Virus record (IMG/VR): IMGVR_UViG_3300013111_000141
Location: 32,761-96,760 of that record
Source: a virus
Length of the DNA: 64,000 bases
Direction: 5' to 3' (one strand)
Within the stretch, counting starts at the first letter, position 1. Every line of letters starts with the position of its first letter. Below, piece by piece: positions 1 through 9,704 of the stretch. Below the pieces are notes generated by a model. It saw only the letters and a list, made by a program, of their open reading frames with translations, had not been told where the DNA came from and made no database searches. The position numbers and the translations under genes were made by a program.

Positions 1-597
1 ACAATCAAAATATTTTAATAATCCAATATGTCTGAATCCAACAAGTTCTAATGGGTGTCGTGTAACTATATCACAATTATTTTTAAATCTATAAAATGTT
101 GGAGTAAACGAATCAGCAAACTCAGAATCACCCACTCTAGGCGACCCAAATGTATATCCTATAGAATCTTTCCCACCAAACCGTGATGAAGCTAAAGTAC
201 ATAAAGCAGCTCCCAAACTATGACCTGTAAAATATACATTCCTGTGTTTATCTCCGGCCATTGAATAATCTACATAATGTTGAAGCAAATCATCATATAT
301 CAAGTCTAATGCACCTTTAAATCCCCTATGAACACTACCAATACTGTCTGATTCAACCTTTCTAAATTTTATATCTGCCTCAATATCTGACAATTGTGTT
401 GGTTCCGTCCCACGAAATACATATATAATATCTTCATCATCCCATAATCCATAACATTGAGTAGACCCATTATTAAAAAACTTAATATCATATTTCTCTG
501 AATATATTTCTGAGAAATCTACAACATCCAAATAAGCATTCATAGACAATCCAGAAAAAAACATTGCATTTTTATAACTAAATTCCCTATTTAACAT
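1..597 (-). CDS. Class 3 lipase (alpha/beta hydrolase), truncated by the window edge
   Basis: Manual translation from ATG 597 (absent from the ORF track): MLNREFSY...YVFRGTEP...VHRGFKGA...YFTGHSLGAAL...YTFGSPRVGD...DIVTRHP; these are the Lipase_3 motifs, including GxSxG. Confidence 0.9.
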   Translation of the reverse strand, partial: MLNREFSYKNAMFFSGLSMNAYLDVVDFSEIYSEKYDIKFFNNGSTQCYGLWDDEDIIYVFRGTEPTQLSDIEADIKFRKVESDSIGSVHRGFKGALDLIYDDLLQHYVDYSMAGDKHRNVYFTGHSLGAALCTLASSRFGGKDSIGYTFGSPRVGDSEFADSFTPTFYRFKNNCDIVTRHPLELVGFRHIGLLKYFDC

Positions 598-598
598 A

Positions 599-805
599 TC
601 AATCTCCAGAGCAATTAACAGAAATAGAATTTGGTGATACTGCCTTAGCTACTTGTTTCCTAAGTGCAACCCTCCCCCCTTCAGGGATTGAACAATAACG
701 TTCTACTGTATGGGATGCTGCCAATTTTACAGTATCCATCTTAGAACAACCTTGTATAAGTATAATACTTAATATCACTAAACACCACTTAAATAATTTC
801 TTCAT
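599..805 (-). CDS. Small putative lipoprotein
   Basis: Basic N-terminus, hydrophobic stretch and lipobox-like IQGC; two further Cys. Confidence 0.6.
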   Translation of the reverse strand: MKKLFKWCLVILSIILIQGCSKMDTVKLAASHTVERYCSIPEGGRVALRKQVAKAVSPNSISVNCSGD

Positions 806-972
806 TTCCCACTCCTTAATAAGTTTTCAAATCGTTTTTCTTGTTTCACCTTTGACTCCTTCTCAACATTTAATGCCGACATTTCACGGACAATAACCCT
901 ATACCGTAAAGCACATATAAGAATATCCTTATCAATATTTTCAATTGATCGATCAAATTTATTACAATTCAT
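802..972 (-). CDS. Hypothetical protein (56 aa)
   Basis: Manual ORF MNCNKFDRSIEN...RSGK; ATGA overlap with the next gene. Confidence 0.5.
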   Translation of the reverse strand: MNCNKFDRSIENIDKDILICALRYRVIVREMSALNVEKESKVKQEKRFENLLRSGK

Positions 973-991
973 TATATATCTCTTCTTGTTA

Positions 992-1022
992 GAATAATTC
1001 CGCCAAAATTGACGGAATATTC
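992..1022 (-). terminator. Intergenic hairpin (terminator or processing stem)
   Basis: GAATA-TTCCGTCA-ATTT-TGGCGGAA-T-TATTC stem; no clear U-tract. Confidence 0.35.
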
Positions 1023-1034
1023 ATAATAAATATA

Positions 1035-1355
1035 TTATTTAAAATTATATCGGTACTCTACCGCTACATTTTCTGCATGTTGATCAGTACCCTCAAATAA
1101 ATCCCATGGTCCAGACATATTGAATCGATTATACATTAAACCAACTTCATGAACCTTTCCAGTTCCAATATAAGCATTAGTAAAAAGTCGTAACGCGTTA
1201 GTATCTTGTGAACCAGACCAAAAATTACTCATTCCATCTGCATCTTGTGTCCAACGAAATCCAGCATCTTTCATCTGAATTGAAAATGCATCCTCGGCCA
1301 TAGATGTTGTTGTAAACGCAAATAATACTGTAAATAACATTAATATTTTTTTCAT
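1035..1355 (-). CDS. Exported beta-rich protein
   Basis: Probable start ATG 1355 after AGAGGA; signal peptide MKKILMLFTVLFAFTTTSMA; ends VAVEYRYNFK. Confidence 0.6.
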   Translation of the reverse strand: MKKILMLFTVLFAFTTTSMAEDAFSIQMKDAGFRWTQDADGMSNFWSGSQDTNALRLFTNAYIGTGKVHEVGLMYNRFNMSGPWDLFEGTDQHAENVAVEYRYNFK

Positions 1356-1385
1356 ATTTTTTCCTCTTTGTTGTAAAAATGAAAC

Positions 1386-1417
1386 ATAATGTGGATATTT
1401 TCCAACACCCACATTAT
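1386..1417 (-). terminator. Hairpin downstream of the tmRNA coding piece (likely terminator)
   Basis: ATAATGTGGGTGTT-GGAA-AATATCCACATTAT 14-bp stem followed by GTTTCATTTTT. Confidence 0.65.
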
Positions 1418-1418
1418 A

Positions 1419-1915
1419 TATATAAGAGGATTTCTGTTGCCAAGTATCCCCAAACTCCGCATACTTATATACTAAGCTGCAACCGCAAAATTATCATCTG
1501 CATTTATTTTTTTGATTTTTACATCTTTCTTGATGAATAGTCCATATACAATATAATACATTGTCGAATCTGTTCTCCCCCACAAAAATTGTCTAGTCAC
1601 AACCCAAAAGTCCTGCAGAACTTCATGAACGCCACTTGCGGCTAAGGATACCCGGGAGTTTGTTGTCCCGTGTTCACATACGTCCATATATACATTGTAG
1701 AACCCATCATCGCTGGTTTGGTGCTAAGTTAAATGAACCCGTTGGCTCTGGGGGAATTCCCCCTCACCATCTCTCGTACGCTCCATCTATTCTACTAAGT
1801 ATACCGTGTGTCACACATTCCGTATACATTGAATAATATACATCTACACTAAACAATTTATGTGGAAGAGGTGGGAATCGCACCCACGTCCAACATACAT
1901 AAAATATACTTCAAA
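1419..1915 (-). ncRNA. ssrA: Circularly permuted (two-piece) tmRNA: acceptor piece ~1915-1863, intervening segment 1862-1582, coding piece 1581-~1419
   Basis: T-arm/acceptor GGAC-GTGGG-TGCGATT-CCCAC-CTCTTCC-A precedes the 5' end GGGGGAG-AACAGATTCGAC. The acceptor stem pairs with G3.U70 and has discriminator A. Tag (A)ADDNFAVAA* at 1501-1472 follows an A-rich resume context. 3' motif TTGGCAACAGAA. Confidence 0.9.
1582..1862 (-). ncRNA. Unidentified structured RNA within the tmRNA intervening segment
   Basis: Ends pair (AAATTGTTTAGT/ACTAGACAATTT); several internal hairpins; GC-richer than the flanks. Confidence 0.55.
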
Positions 1916-1918
1916 CTA

Positions 1919-2221
1919 TTATGCTTTTAACTTTAAATCTTCCTCCGTTACAATATCTTCATACCCATCATACTCACGAACATAAAACTTTAACCCCTCT
2001 GTAACATATGACAATTTCATATTATCAAACTCATATAAATTATGAGTTGGTTCTGACATCGCCATCACCTGTTTATGAAATGATTTCTCATCCCCATGCA
2101 AAAATTCATAAATTAATTCAGCATCCATTCTAAGTGATTGGGGTTTAATGGCAAATCCACTACCCCAACCAGCATGTATAAGAACCCCTACTTTACCATC
2201 TGCACTATAATATTTACCCAC
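1919..2221 (-). CDS. Hypothetical phage protein
   Basis: 100-aa ORF overlapping the fadJ stop; GKVGVL..GWGSGF...EYDGYE. Confidence 0.65.
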   Translation of the reverse strand: MGKYYSADGKVGVLIHAGWGSGFAIKPQSLRMDAELIYEFLHGDEKSFHKQVMAMSEPTHNLYEFDNMKLSYVTEGLKFYVREYDGYEDIVTEEDLKLKA

Positions 2222-4202
2222 CTACGTTCTCCACTAATTGCGAACCTTGTGAATGATATTGTTTAGTAATTTCTTTGTTTACTTCATCTGAATAATGTAA
2301 TGGTCCACCCCTAAATGGAGCAAATCCAGTACCAAAAATAATACCAGAATCTATAAGGTCAGAAGATTCTACAATACCCTCATCTAAACATAATTTACAC
2401 TCTGAAATAATTTTCCCTATTAACCTTGACTTTATCTCTATTTTAGGATCTGCATAAATCTTATCTACGGGTTTACCTTTATTATATATATAAAACCCCC
2501 TACCAGATTTAATACCCAATTTACCTTTGTCTACTAACTTCTTTAATCTCTTTGGAACAGTAATTCCAAGATCCTCACTTATTATATCCGTAACAAAATA
2601 ACAAACATCAAGTCCTACAGTATCTGCCAATAATAAAGGTCCCATTGGCATACCAAAATCAGTAAAAGAATTGTCAATTTCTTCTTTACTATATCCTTCA
2701 TCTAACATATTAATAGCCTCAATAAGTGTAGGCATTAACACACGATTAACTAAAAATCCTGGACTTGATTTAACTTTTAATGGTAACTTATCAATATGTC
2801 TACAAAATGACATAGACTTCTCTATAACATCCTCTGAAGTAATATCTGAATATACCACTTCAACCAAAGGCATTTTTGCAACTGGATTAAAAAAGTGTAT
2901 ACCAACTAATCTCTCAGGATTTTTCATTTCACTTGATAATACTTCCAACTTGATAGAAGATGTATTAGTGCCCAATATAGCGGTACTTTTCATTTCAGAT
3001 TCTAATTCACTATATAAGTGACGTTTAATATCCGCATTTTCAACAATAGCCTCAATGACTATATCTGCGGAAGATATACCATATCCATTTTTATCAGGAA
3101 TCAACCTATCATACACTTCATTGATTAAATAATCCTTCCCAGAAAATCTTTTTGCATAAAATTTATACGATCTTTTCATTGCGGCAGCTATGGTGTTATC
3201 ATCAATATCCTGTAAAGTCACCTTATATCCCCTTAGAGACGCCCACATTGCAATATCTCCACCCATTGCACCAGCACCTATAACGTGGACATGTTTAAGA
3301 TCTAACTTAGATTTATCACCAGAAGATTTAAGTAAATCCTGTAACTTAAACACTCGTAATAAATTCTTCGCAGTATCTGTCATTGCTAACTTAGAAACTG
3401 ACTCCGCCTCTGCATTCATAAGATGATGCTCATTATATCCATATTTTTCCCATATATCAACTAAAGCATATGGTGCTGGATAGTGTGATTTTTTTACCTC
3501 TTTCCTTAAAGTTCTACGCAATTGCATTGATAATAACCTTCTACCAATACCAGAATTCAATACATAATCTAATTTATCTGGTCTTCTAACTGGTGGACAC
3601 TTTGCAAGTACATCTTCCGCAGATTTAACTAATAAACGTTCAGGAACCGCATAATCAACTAATCCCATCTTTTTTGCTTGATATACTGATAAAGTACGTC
3701 CACTTAACATCATACCCATAGCCTTAATAACACCAAGAACTCTAATAGACCTAACAGAACCACCAAATCCAGGATGTATACCCAACTTAACTTCAGGAAA
3801 TCCGACTCGGATATTAGGTGAATCTAATATAATTCTATAATCACATGATAATGCAAGTTCCAATCCACCACCAAGACACAATCCATTAATTAATGCTAAT
3901 GTAGGAAATTCCATGTCATCAATTAACCACATCACTTCTTGTCCTTTAGTAATGGCTTCATAAGCATCATCATACTCATGAAAATCCTTAAATTCTGTAA
4001 CATCAGCACCAGCAATAAACCCAGTTGATTTATCAGAACAAATAACCATACCATCAGGATTATCAGATTTAACCTCTAATAATACATCTTTTAATTCCGT
4101 TAATACTTCACCAGATAATACATTCATACTACCATAAGAATAATCAAAATGTACCCATGCTATATTGCTAAAATATTTTAATTTGAAATGTTTATAATTC
4201 AT
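2214..4202 (-). CDS. fadJ: Fatty-acid oxidation multifunctional alpha subunit (enoyl-CoA hydratase + 3-hydroxyacyl-CoA dehydrogenase; FadJ/FadB-like)
   Basis: Crotonase domain FIAGAD, GGGLELAL, GFPEVKLGIHPGFGG; HAD domain GAGAMG, EAIVE, NTSS, HFFNP, PGFLVNR, GMPMGP. Confidence 0.93.
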   Translation of the reverse strand: MNYKHFKLKYFSNIAWVHFDYSYGSMNVLSGEVLTELKDVLLEVKSDNPDGMVICSDKSTGFIAGADVTEFKDFHEYDDAYEAITKGQEVMWLIDDMEFPTLALINGLCLGGGLELALSCDYRIILDSPNIRVGFPEVKLGIHPGFGGSVRSIRVLGVIKAMGMMLSGRTLSVYQAKKMGLVDYAVPERLLVKSAEDVLAKCPPVRRPDKLDYVLNSGIGRRLLSMQLRRTLRKEVKKSHYPAPYALVDIWEKYGYNEHHLMNAEAESVSKLAMTDTAKNLLRVFKLQDLLKSSGDKSKLDLKHVHVIGAGAMGGDIAMWASLRGYKVTLQDIDDNTIAAAMKRSYKFYAKRFSGKDYLINEVYDRLIPDKNGYGISSADIVIEAIVENADIKRHLYSELESEMKSTAILGTNTSSIKLEVLSSEMKNPERLVGIHFFNPVAKMPLVEVVYSDITSEDVIEKSMSFCRHIDKLPLKVKSSPGFLVNRVLMPTLIEAINMLDEGYSKEEIDNSFTDFGMPMGPLLLADTVGLDVCYFVTDIISEDLGITVPKRLKKLVDKGKLGIKSGRGFYIYNKGKPVDKIYADPKIEIKSRLIGKIISECKLCLDEGIVESSDLIDSGIIFGTGFAPFRGGPLHYSDEVNKEITKQYHSQGSQLVENVGG

Positions 4203-4205
4203 AAG

Positions 4206-5510
4206 TTATCTCTTTAAATTTTCAACTAATATTGCACCACCTTGCCCATGCCCAATACATAAAGATGCAACCCCATAATGACCACCATTTGATTCTAACG
4301 TCTTAATTAAATGATATACTATCCGTGTTCCAGAAGCACCTACAGGATGACCCATACTAATAGAACCACCATGAACATTTAGTTTTTCATCAGGTATTAA
4401 CCCAAATGGTTCATCCAATCCAAACTCAGATAAACAATAATCCACATCATTCATTGCCCTTGTACAACCAATAACTTGTGATGCAAAAGCTTCATTTAAT
4501 TCCCAACTATCAATATCATCACATCGTAACCCATTTCTCATAACAAGAGGAACTATTGACTGAACTGGACCCAATCCCATCTCTGATGGATCTACTCCAG
4601 CCCACTTAGTATCAATAATTTTTGCAATAGCTTTATCACGTAACCCATACTTATCCAAGGCATCCTCACTTGCCAACAAAACAAATGAAGCACCATCCGT
4701 AATAGGTGAAGAATTACCCGCAGTCACATTACCAAATATTTTATCAAAAACTGGTCTTAATTTCCCTAATTTTTCAATAGTGTTCTTAGATCTAACAGAT
4801 TCGTCTTTATTATAAAAATTCCCATCAGTATCATATATAGTAACAATCTCATCCTCTAATACATTAGTATTTTGTGATATCGACGCTTTCATATGACTGT
4901 TTAATGAATAATCATCCATATCATTTCTAGATATATTAAACTTATATGCCAAATTCTCAGCAGTCTGACCCATTGATAAATTAATAGTTGGATCTTTTAA
5001 TGCACGTAATAAACTAATCACTGGGACTAATAACTTAGGTCTAAACTTAAGTAACACAGACAACTTCTTAGATAATGTCTTAGCTAATGTAAATTCAGAC
5101 AACCACATAGTCATATCATCATTAAATAATAATGGTGCCCTACTCATAGTTTCCGTACCACCAGCAATAATCAAATCGGACTGTCCACAAGATATACTCC
5201 TATATGCCGAATCAATTGACTGCAAACCAGAAGCACAATTTCGTTGTACCGTATATGCCGGTATATTAACATTAAGACCTAATCGTAATGCTAACAATTT
5301 TGCAATATTACACTCATCAGCGTTAGGATTCATACAACCAACAACCAATTCATCCACATCATCATTACTAATATCATTACGAATTAACATAGGTCTAACC
5401 GCCTGAATCGCCAAATCCAATGCCTTAAACTTTCCAGGACTTCCCTTCGCCTTTAAAAAAGGTGTCCTACTACCATCTACAATATATACATCATTTAACT
5501 TGTATTTCAT
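4206..5510 (-). CDS. fadI: 3-ketoacyl-CoA thiolase (FadI/FadA-like)
   Basis: RTPF, NCASG (catalytic Cys), GNSSPITDGA, NEAFA, GHPVGASG, CIGHGQG. Confidence 0.93.
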   Translation of the reverse strand: MKYKLNDVYIVDGSRTPFLKAKGSPGKFKALDLAIQAVRPMLIRNDISNDDVDELVVGCMNPNADECNIAKLLALRLGLNVNIPAYTVQRNCASGLQSIDSAYRSISCGQSDLIIAGGTETMSRAPLLFNDDMTMWLSEFTLAKTLSKKLSVLLKFRPKLLVPVISLLRALKDPTINLSMGQTAENLAYKFNISRNDMDDYSLNSHMKASISQNTNVLEDEIVTIYDTDGNFYNKDESVRSKNTIEKLGKLRPVFDKIFGNVTAGNSSPITDGASFVLLASEDALDKYGLRDKAIAKIIDTKWAGVDPSEMGLGPVQSIVPLVMRNGLRCDDIDSWELNEAFASQVIGCTRAMNDVDYCLSEFGLDEPFGLIPDEKLNVHGGSISMGHPVGASGTRIVYHLIKTLESNGGHYGVASLCIGHGQGGAILVENLKR

Positions 5511-5527
5511 AACTACTATCTCCCTTC

Positions 5528-5698
5528 TTAAGGGTCATCCTTTAAATTCATAAATTTCTTACGTTCCAATAATAACATATAACACCTACCACAATGCCAC
5601 GTGCTATCGTCTTTTAATAATTCTTCAATCAATGTCAAATTCATCTCACTATAACTAATATCATTACATAAACATATTATATTCCTATGTCTATTCAT
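5528..5698 (-). CDS. Bfd-like [2Fe-2S] small protein (56 aa)
   Basis: Manual ORF MNRHRNIICLCNDIS...WHCGRCYM; CxC...CGxC pattern. Confidence 0.55.
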   Translation of the reverse strand: MNRHRNIICLCNDISYSEMNLTLIEELLKDDSTWHCGRCYMLLLERKKFMNLKDDP

Positions 5699-5711
5699 AT
5701 TTTGATATATC

Positions 5712-5900
5712 CTATATCGGTATGTTATCCTTAACTAAAATAAGTCCTGTTGCAATAATTATCCATATCGGTATTAATACAAATAAAATACCTAACAATA
5801 TTTTATTTGTAATATCTTCAGCTTTCACCGACATAGACATAACGTTACATAAAATCACAAATGAAAGTACACATAACCAAACTATTTCAAACCACCCCAT
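5712..5900 (-). CDS. Small membrane protein
   Basis: Two hydrophobic segments. Confidence 0.55.
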   Translation of the reverse strand: MGWFEIVWLCVLSFVILCNVMSMSVKAEDITNKILLGILFVLIPIWIIIATGLILVKDNIPI

Positions 5901-5909
5901 ATTAAACTC

Positions 5910-6929
<1,020 letters not shown>

Positions 6930-6941
6930 TAAATCACCGCA

Positions 6942-8873
6942 TTATTTGGTTTCGGGTTTACCCTCTGGAACAGGATCCACTGGTTCTTCAACCACCTCTG
7001 CATTGACAACTTCGGCATCTACAGTCTCGGATGTTGTAGTGGAATCATCTCCAACATCTTCCCCTGTTGGTTCTGGTTTTTGTAATTTTGCAGACAACTC
7101 TACTAATGATTGTACTTTAGTATTAATATCATCTAAATCTTCACCAGACATAGACTCTTTTAATTCTGCAACACTATTTACAATATCAGTTCTTTCTTCA
7201 TCAGTAATTACAATTTCCTCATCTGATAATTTACCCTCAACATCATTAATAAATCCTTCAGCCATATTTCTAGCACCAACTAATGCAGTATACTTCTCAT
7301 CTGCCTCTTTATGTTCTTCACCCTCTTTAATCATACGTTCTACATCCTCATCAGATAATCCAGATGAAGATTTAATTTCAATGGACTGTTCCTTACCAGT
7401 ATTTTTATCTTTGGCAGAAACATGCATAATACCATTAGCATCAATATTGAATTCAACTTCAATTTGTGGTGTTCCGCGTGGTCCTGGTTGAATTTCTGTC
7501 AAATCAAACCTACCTAAAGAATTGTTACCAGAAGCAACTGAACGTTCACCTTGCAGAACATGAATAGTAACTGCCGGTTGATTATCTTCGGCAGTTGAAA
7601 ATACTTCACTTTTTTTCGTTGGAATAGTAGTATTCTTTTCAATTAATGTGGTCATTACACCACCCATAGTTTCAATACCTAATGATAATGGAGTTACATC
7701 AAGCAATAATACATTATCAATACCACCAGATAACACACCACCCTGTGTAGCAGCACCAAGAGCAACTGACTCATCAGGATTTACATCCTTTCTCGGTTCA
7801 ATACCAAAAATAGATTTTACCATTTCTTGAACTTTAGGCATTCTAGTTTGTCCACCAACTAAAATAACATCATCAACCTTAGTAACATCTGCATCCTTTA
7901 AAGCAGTAACACATGGGGTTTTTGTACGTTCAATTAATTCAGATACCATCTTCTCCAATTTAGAACGTGAAATCTTAACATTTAAATGTTTAGGACCAGT
8001 TGCATCCGCAGTAATATATGGTAAATTTACTTCAGTTTCTTGAGTCGATGACAACTCAATTTTACACTTCTCTGCCGATTCTTTTAATCGTTGTAATGCA
8101 ATAGGGTCATTATGAAGATCCACCCCGTTTTCTTTTTTAAATTCATCACAAAGATAATCAATAAGTCGTAAATCAAAATCCTCACCACCTAAAAATGTAT
8201 CACCATTAGTAGACAATACTTCAAAGGAATATTCTCCATCCACATTAGACATCTCAATAATAGAAACATCAAAAGTACCACCACCAAGATCATAAACAGC
8301 AACTACCTTATCATCTTTAACATCACCTTTATCTAAACCATAAGATAAAGCTGCAGCTGTAGGTTCATTGATAATTCGCATAACATCTAGTCCAGCAATC
8401 TTACCAGCATCCTTTGTTGCTTGTCTTTGTGAATCATTAAAATAAGCAGGAACAGTAATAACTGCCTGTGTCACTTCAGAACCCAAATATGACTCCGCAT
8501 CTTTTTTTAATTTCATTAAAATTTTTGATGAAATTTCTGGGGGAGATAATAACTCACCACCAGATTTTACCCACGCATCACCATTATCCGCCTCTACAAT
8601 GTCATAAGGCACCATGGATATGTCCTTTTGAACTGCATCATCTTTAAACTTTCTGCCAATTAATCTCTTAACCGCAAACAATGTATCTTTTGGATTAGTC
8701 ACCGATTGTCTCTTAGCTGACTGTCCTACTAATATTTCCGAATCCGAATGTGAAACTATAGATGGTGTCGTCCTAGAACCTTCACCATTTTCAATTACTA
8801 CTGCCTTACCATTCTCTAACACAGCTGCGCATGAATTAGTAGTACCCAAATCAATACCAATAATATTACCCAT
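6942..8873 (-). CDS. dnaK: Chaperone DnaK (Hsp70)
   Basis: [53 protein letters not shown]. Confidence 0.97.
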   Translation of the reverse strand: MGNIIGIDLGTTNSCAAVLENGKAVVIENGEGSRTTPSIVSHSDSEILVGQSAKRQSVTNPKDTLFAVKRLIGRKFKDDAVQKDISMVPYDIVEADNGDAWVKSGGELLSPPEISSKILMKLKKDAESYLGSEVTQAVITVPAYFNDSQRQATKDAGKIAGLDVMRIINEPTAAALSYGLDKGDVKDDKVVAVYDLGGGTFDVSIIEMSNVDGEYSFEVLSTNGDTFLGGEDFDLRLIDYLCDEFKKENGVDLHNDPIALQRLKESAEKCKIELSSTQETEVNLPYITADATGPKHLNVKISRSKLEKMVSELIERTKTPCVTALKDADVTKVDDVILVGGQTRMPKVQEMVKSIFGIEPRKDVNPDESVALGAATQGGVLSGGIDNVLLLDVTPLSLGIETMGGVMTTLIEKNTTIPTKKSEVFSTAEDNQPAVTIHVLQGERSVASGNNSLGRFDLTEIQPGPRGTPQIEVEFNIDANGIMHVSAKDKNTGKEQSIEIKSSSGLSDEDVERMIKEGEEHKEADEKYTALVGARNMAEGFINDVEGKLSDEEIVITDEERTDIVNSVAELKESMSGEDLDDINTKVQSLVELSAKLQKPEPTGEDVGDDSTTTSETVDAEVVNAEVVEEPVDPVPEGKPETK

Positions 8874-8894
8874 TTTACTTCTCCTTTCTCAATT

Positions 8895-9200
8895 TTAAAT
8901 TAAACCACTCTTCTTTCTTGCATTATCAATAATCTCTGTATTCTTTACAGTTTTCGCATCCCTACCACCCATTTTTTCTGCAAATGGAGTATAAGGATTT
9001 TGATCTGCAACTTTACGCAATACATCATTAAATCCATCGGACGGTTTCATACCACCCATCCTACCAGATATTATTTTAGGTGCCCCTATTATTTGTGTTA
9101 TATGTGAATTTTCTGACAAAAATACATCCTTTTCAGATATACTAATAAACCTATCAAATACTTCTTCAGTATCATTATTTTTAAATGTATACGTTGGCAT
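8895..9200 (-). CDS. Conserved T4-like phage protein (FmdB-like N-terminus, no Cys)
   Basis: MPTYTF...GAPKIISG...KPSDGFNDVL. Confidence 0.55.
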   Translation of the reverse strand: MPTYTFKNNDTEEVFDRFISISEKDVFLSENSHITQIIGAPKIISGRMGGMKPSDGFNDVLRKVADQNPYTPFAEKMGGRDAKTVKNTEIIDNARKKSGLI

Positions 9201-9692
9201 TTATTTATTCCTCTCCACTATCCTGAGATCCAATTCATTAGTTACATTATTAAACACATTATAATATTCATCTTCAAAAACATCCATATAATAACCGGGT
9301 ATATGAATATTACTATCTATCTTCTTGTCTAAAATTTTTGCAATATAAAACTTATCAATAAGTTTCCAGTATGTCATATATATATAATACCCACCAACTA
9401 CATGTATATCAACATGTGAATGAGAATGTAACCACGACACAGCATCCGATATATTAACTTTAAACGAATTCTTATCATAATTTATTTCATTATTTGTTAT
9501 AACATATTTAATTAACTCTGATGGTAATATATCAAATAATTCCTTATATGCATTATGACCCATTACCAATATAGCATTTCTCGATATACTACGATTAAAC
9601 CATCTGCGAGTTGTATTATTATAGAATATAAGACTATTACCATTGTCATCAATACCATAATCATTACTTAATATCAAACTAGACGTAATCAC
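9201..9692 (-). CDS. Dihydrofolate reductase-like protein, degenerate
   Basis: DHFR length and fold motifs (GI..N, WF, LVMG, VVGG.YIY, DKFYI); LPW motif and catalytic Asp not seen. Confidence 0.55.
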   Translation of the reverse strand: MITSSLILSNDYGIDDNGNSLIFYNNTTRRWFNRSISRNAILVMGHNAYKELFDILPSELIKYVITNNEINYDKNSFKVNISDAVSWLHSHSHVDIHVVGGYYIYMTYWKLIDKFYIAKILDKKIDSNIHIPGYYMDVFEDEYYNVFNNVTNELDLRIVERNK

Positions 9693-9704
9693 CTAAAACA
9701 AACC

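Noticed and set aside
1472-1687. 71-aa minus-strand ORF ending ADDNFAVAA, and plus-strand ORF 1636-1836
   Set aside because: The minus-strand ORF is the tmRNA tag frame extended upstream by chance across the processed 5' end; neither ORF has an RBS or protein-like features
1582-1862. Intervening RNA as RNase P, group I/II intron, 6S or SRP RNA
   Set aside because: No proper GAGGAAAGUCC/P4 with bulged U, no ordered group I P7 R/S elements, no full group II domain V, no SRP loop. Only faint resemblances (GAGCCAACGGGTTC versus the 6S 3' hairpin; GGAGCGTACG), so it is left unidentified.
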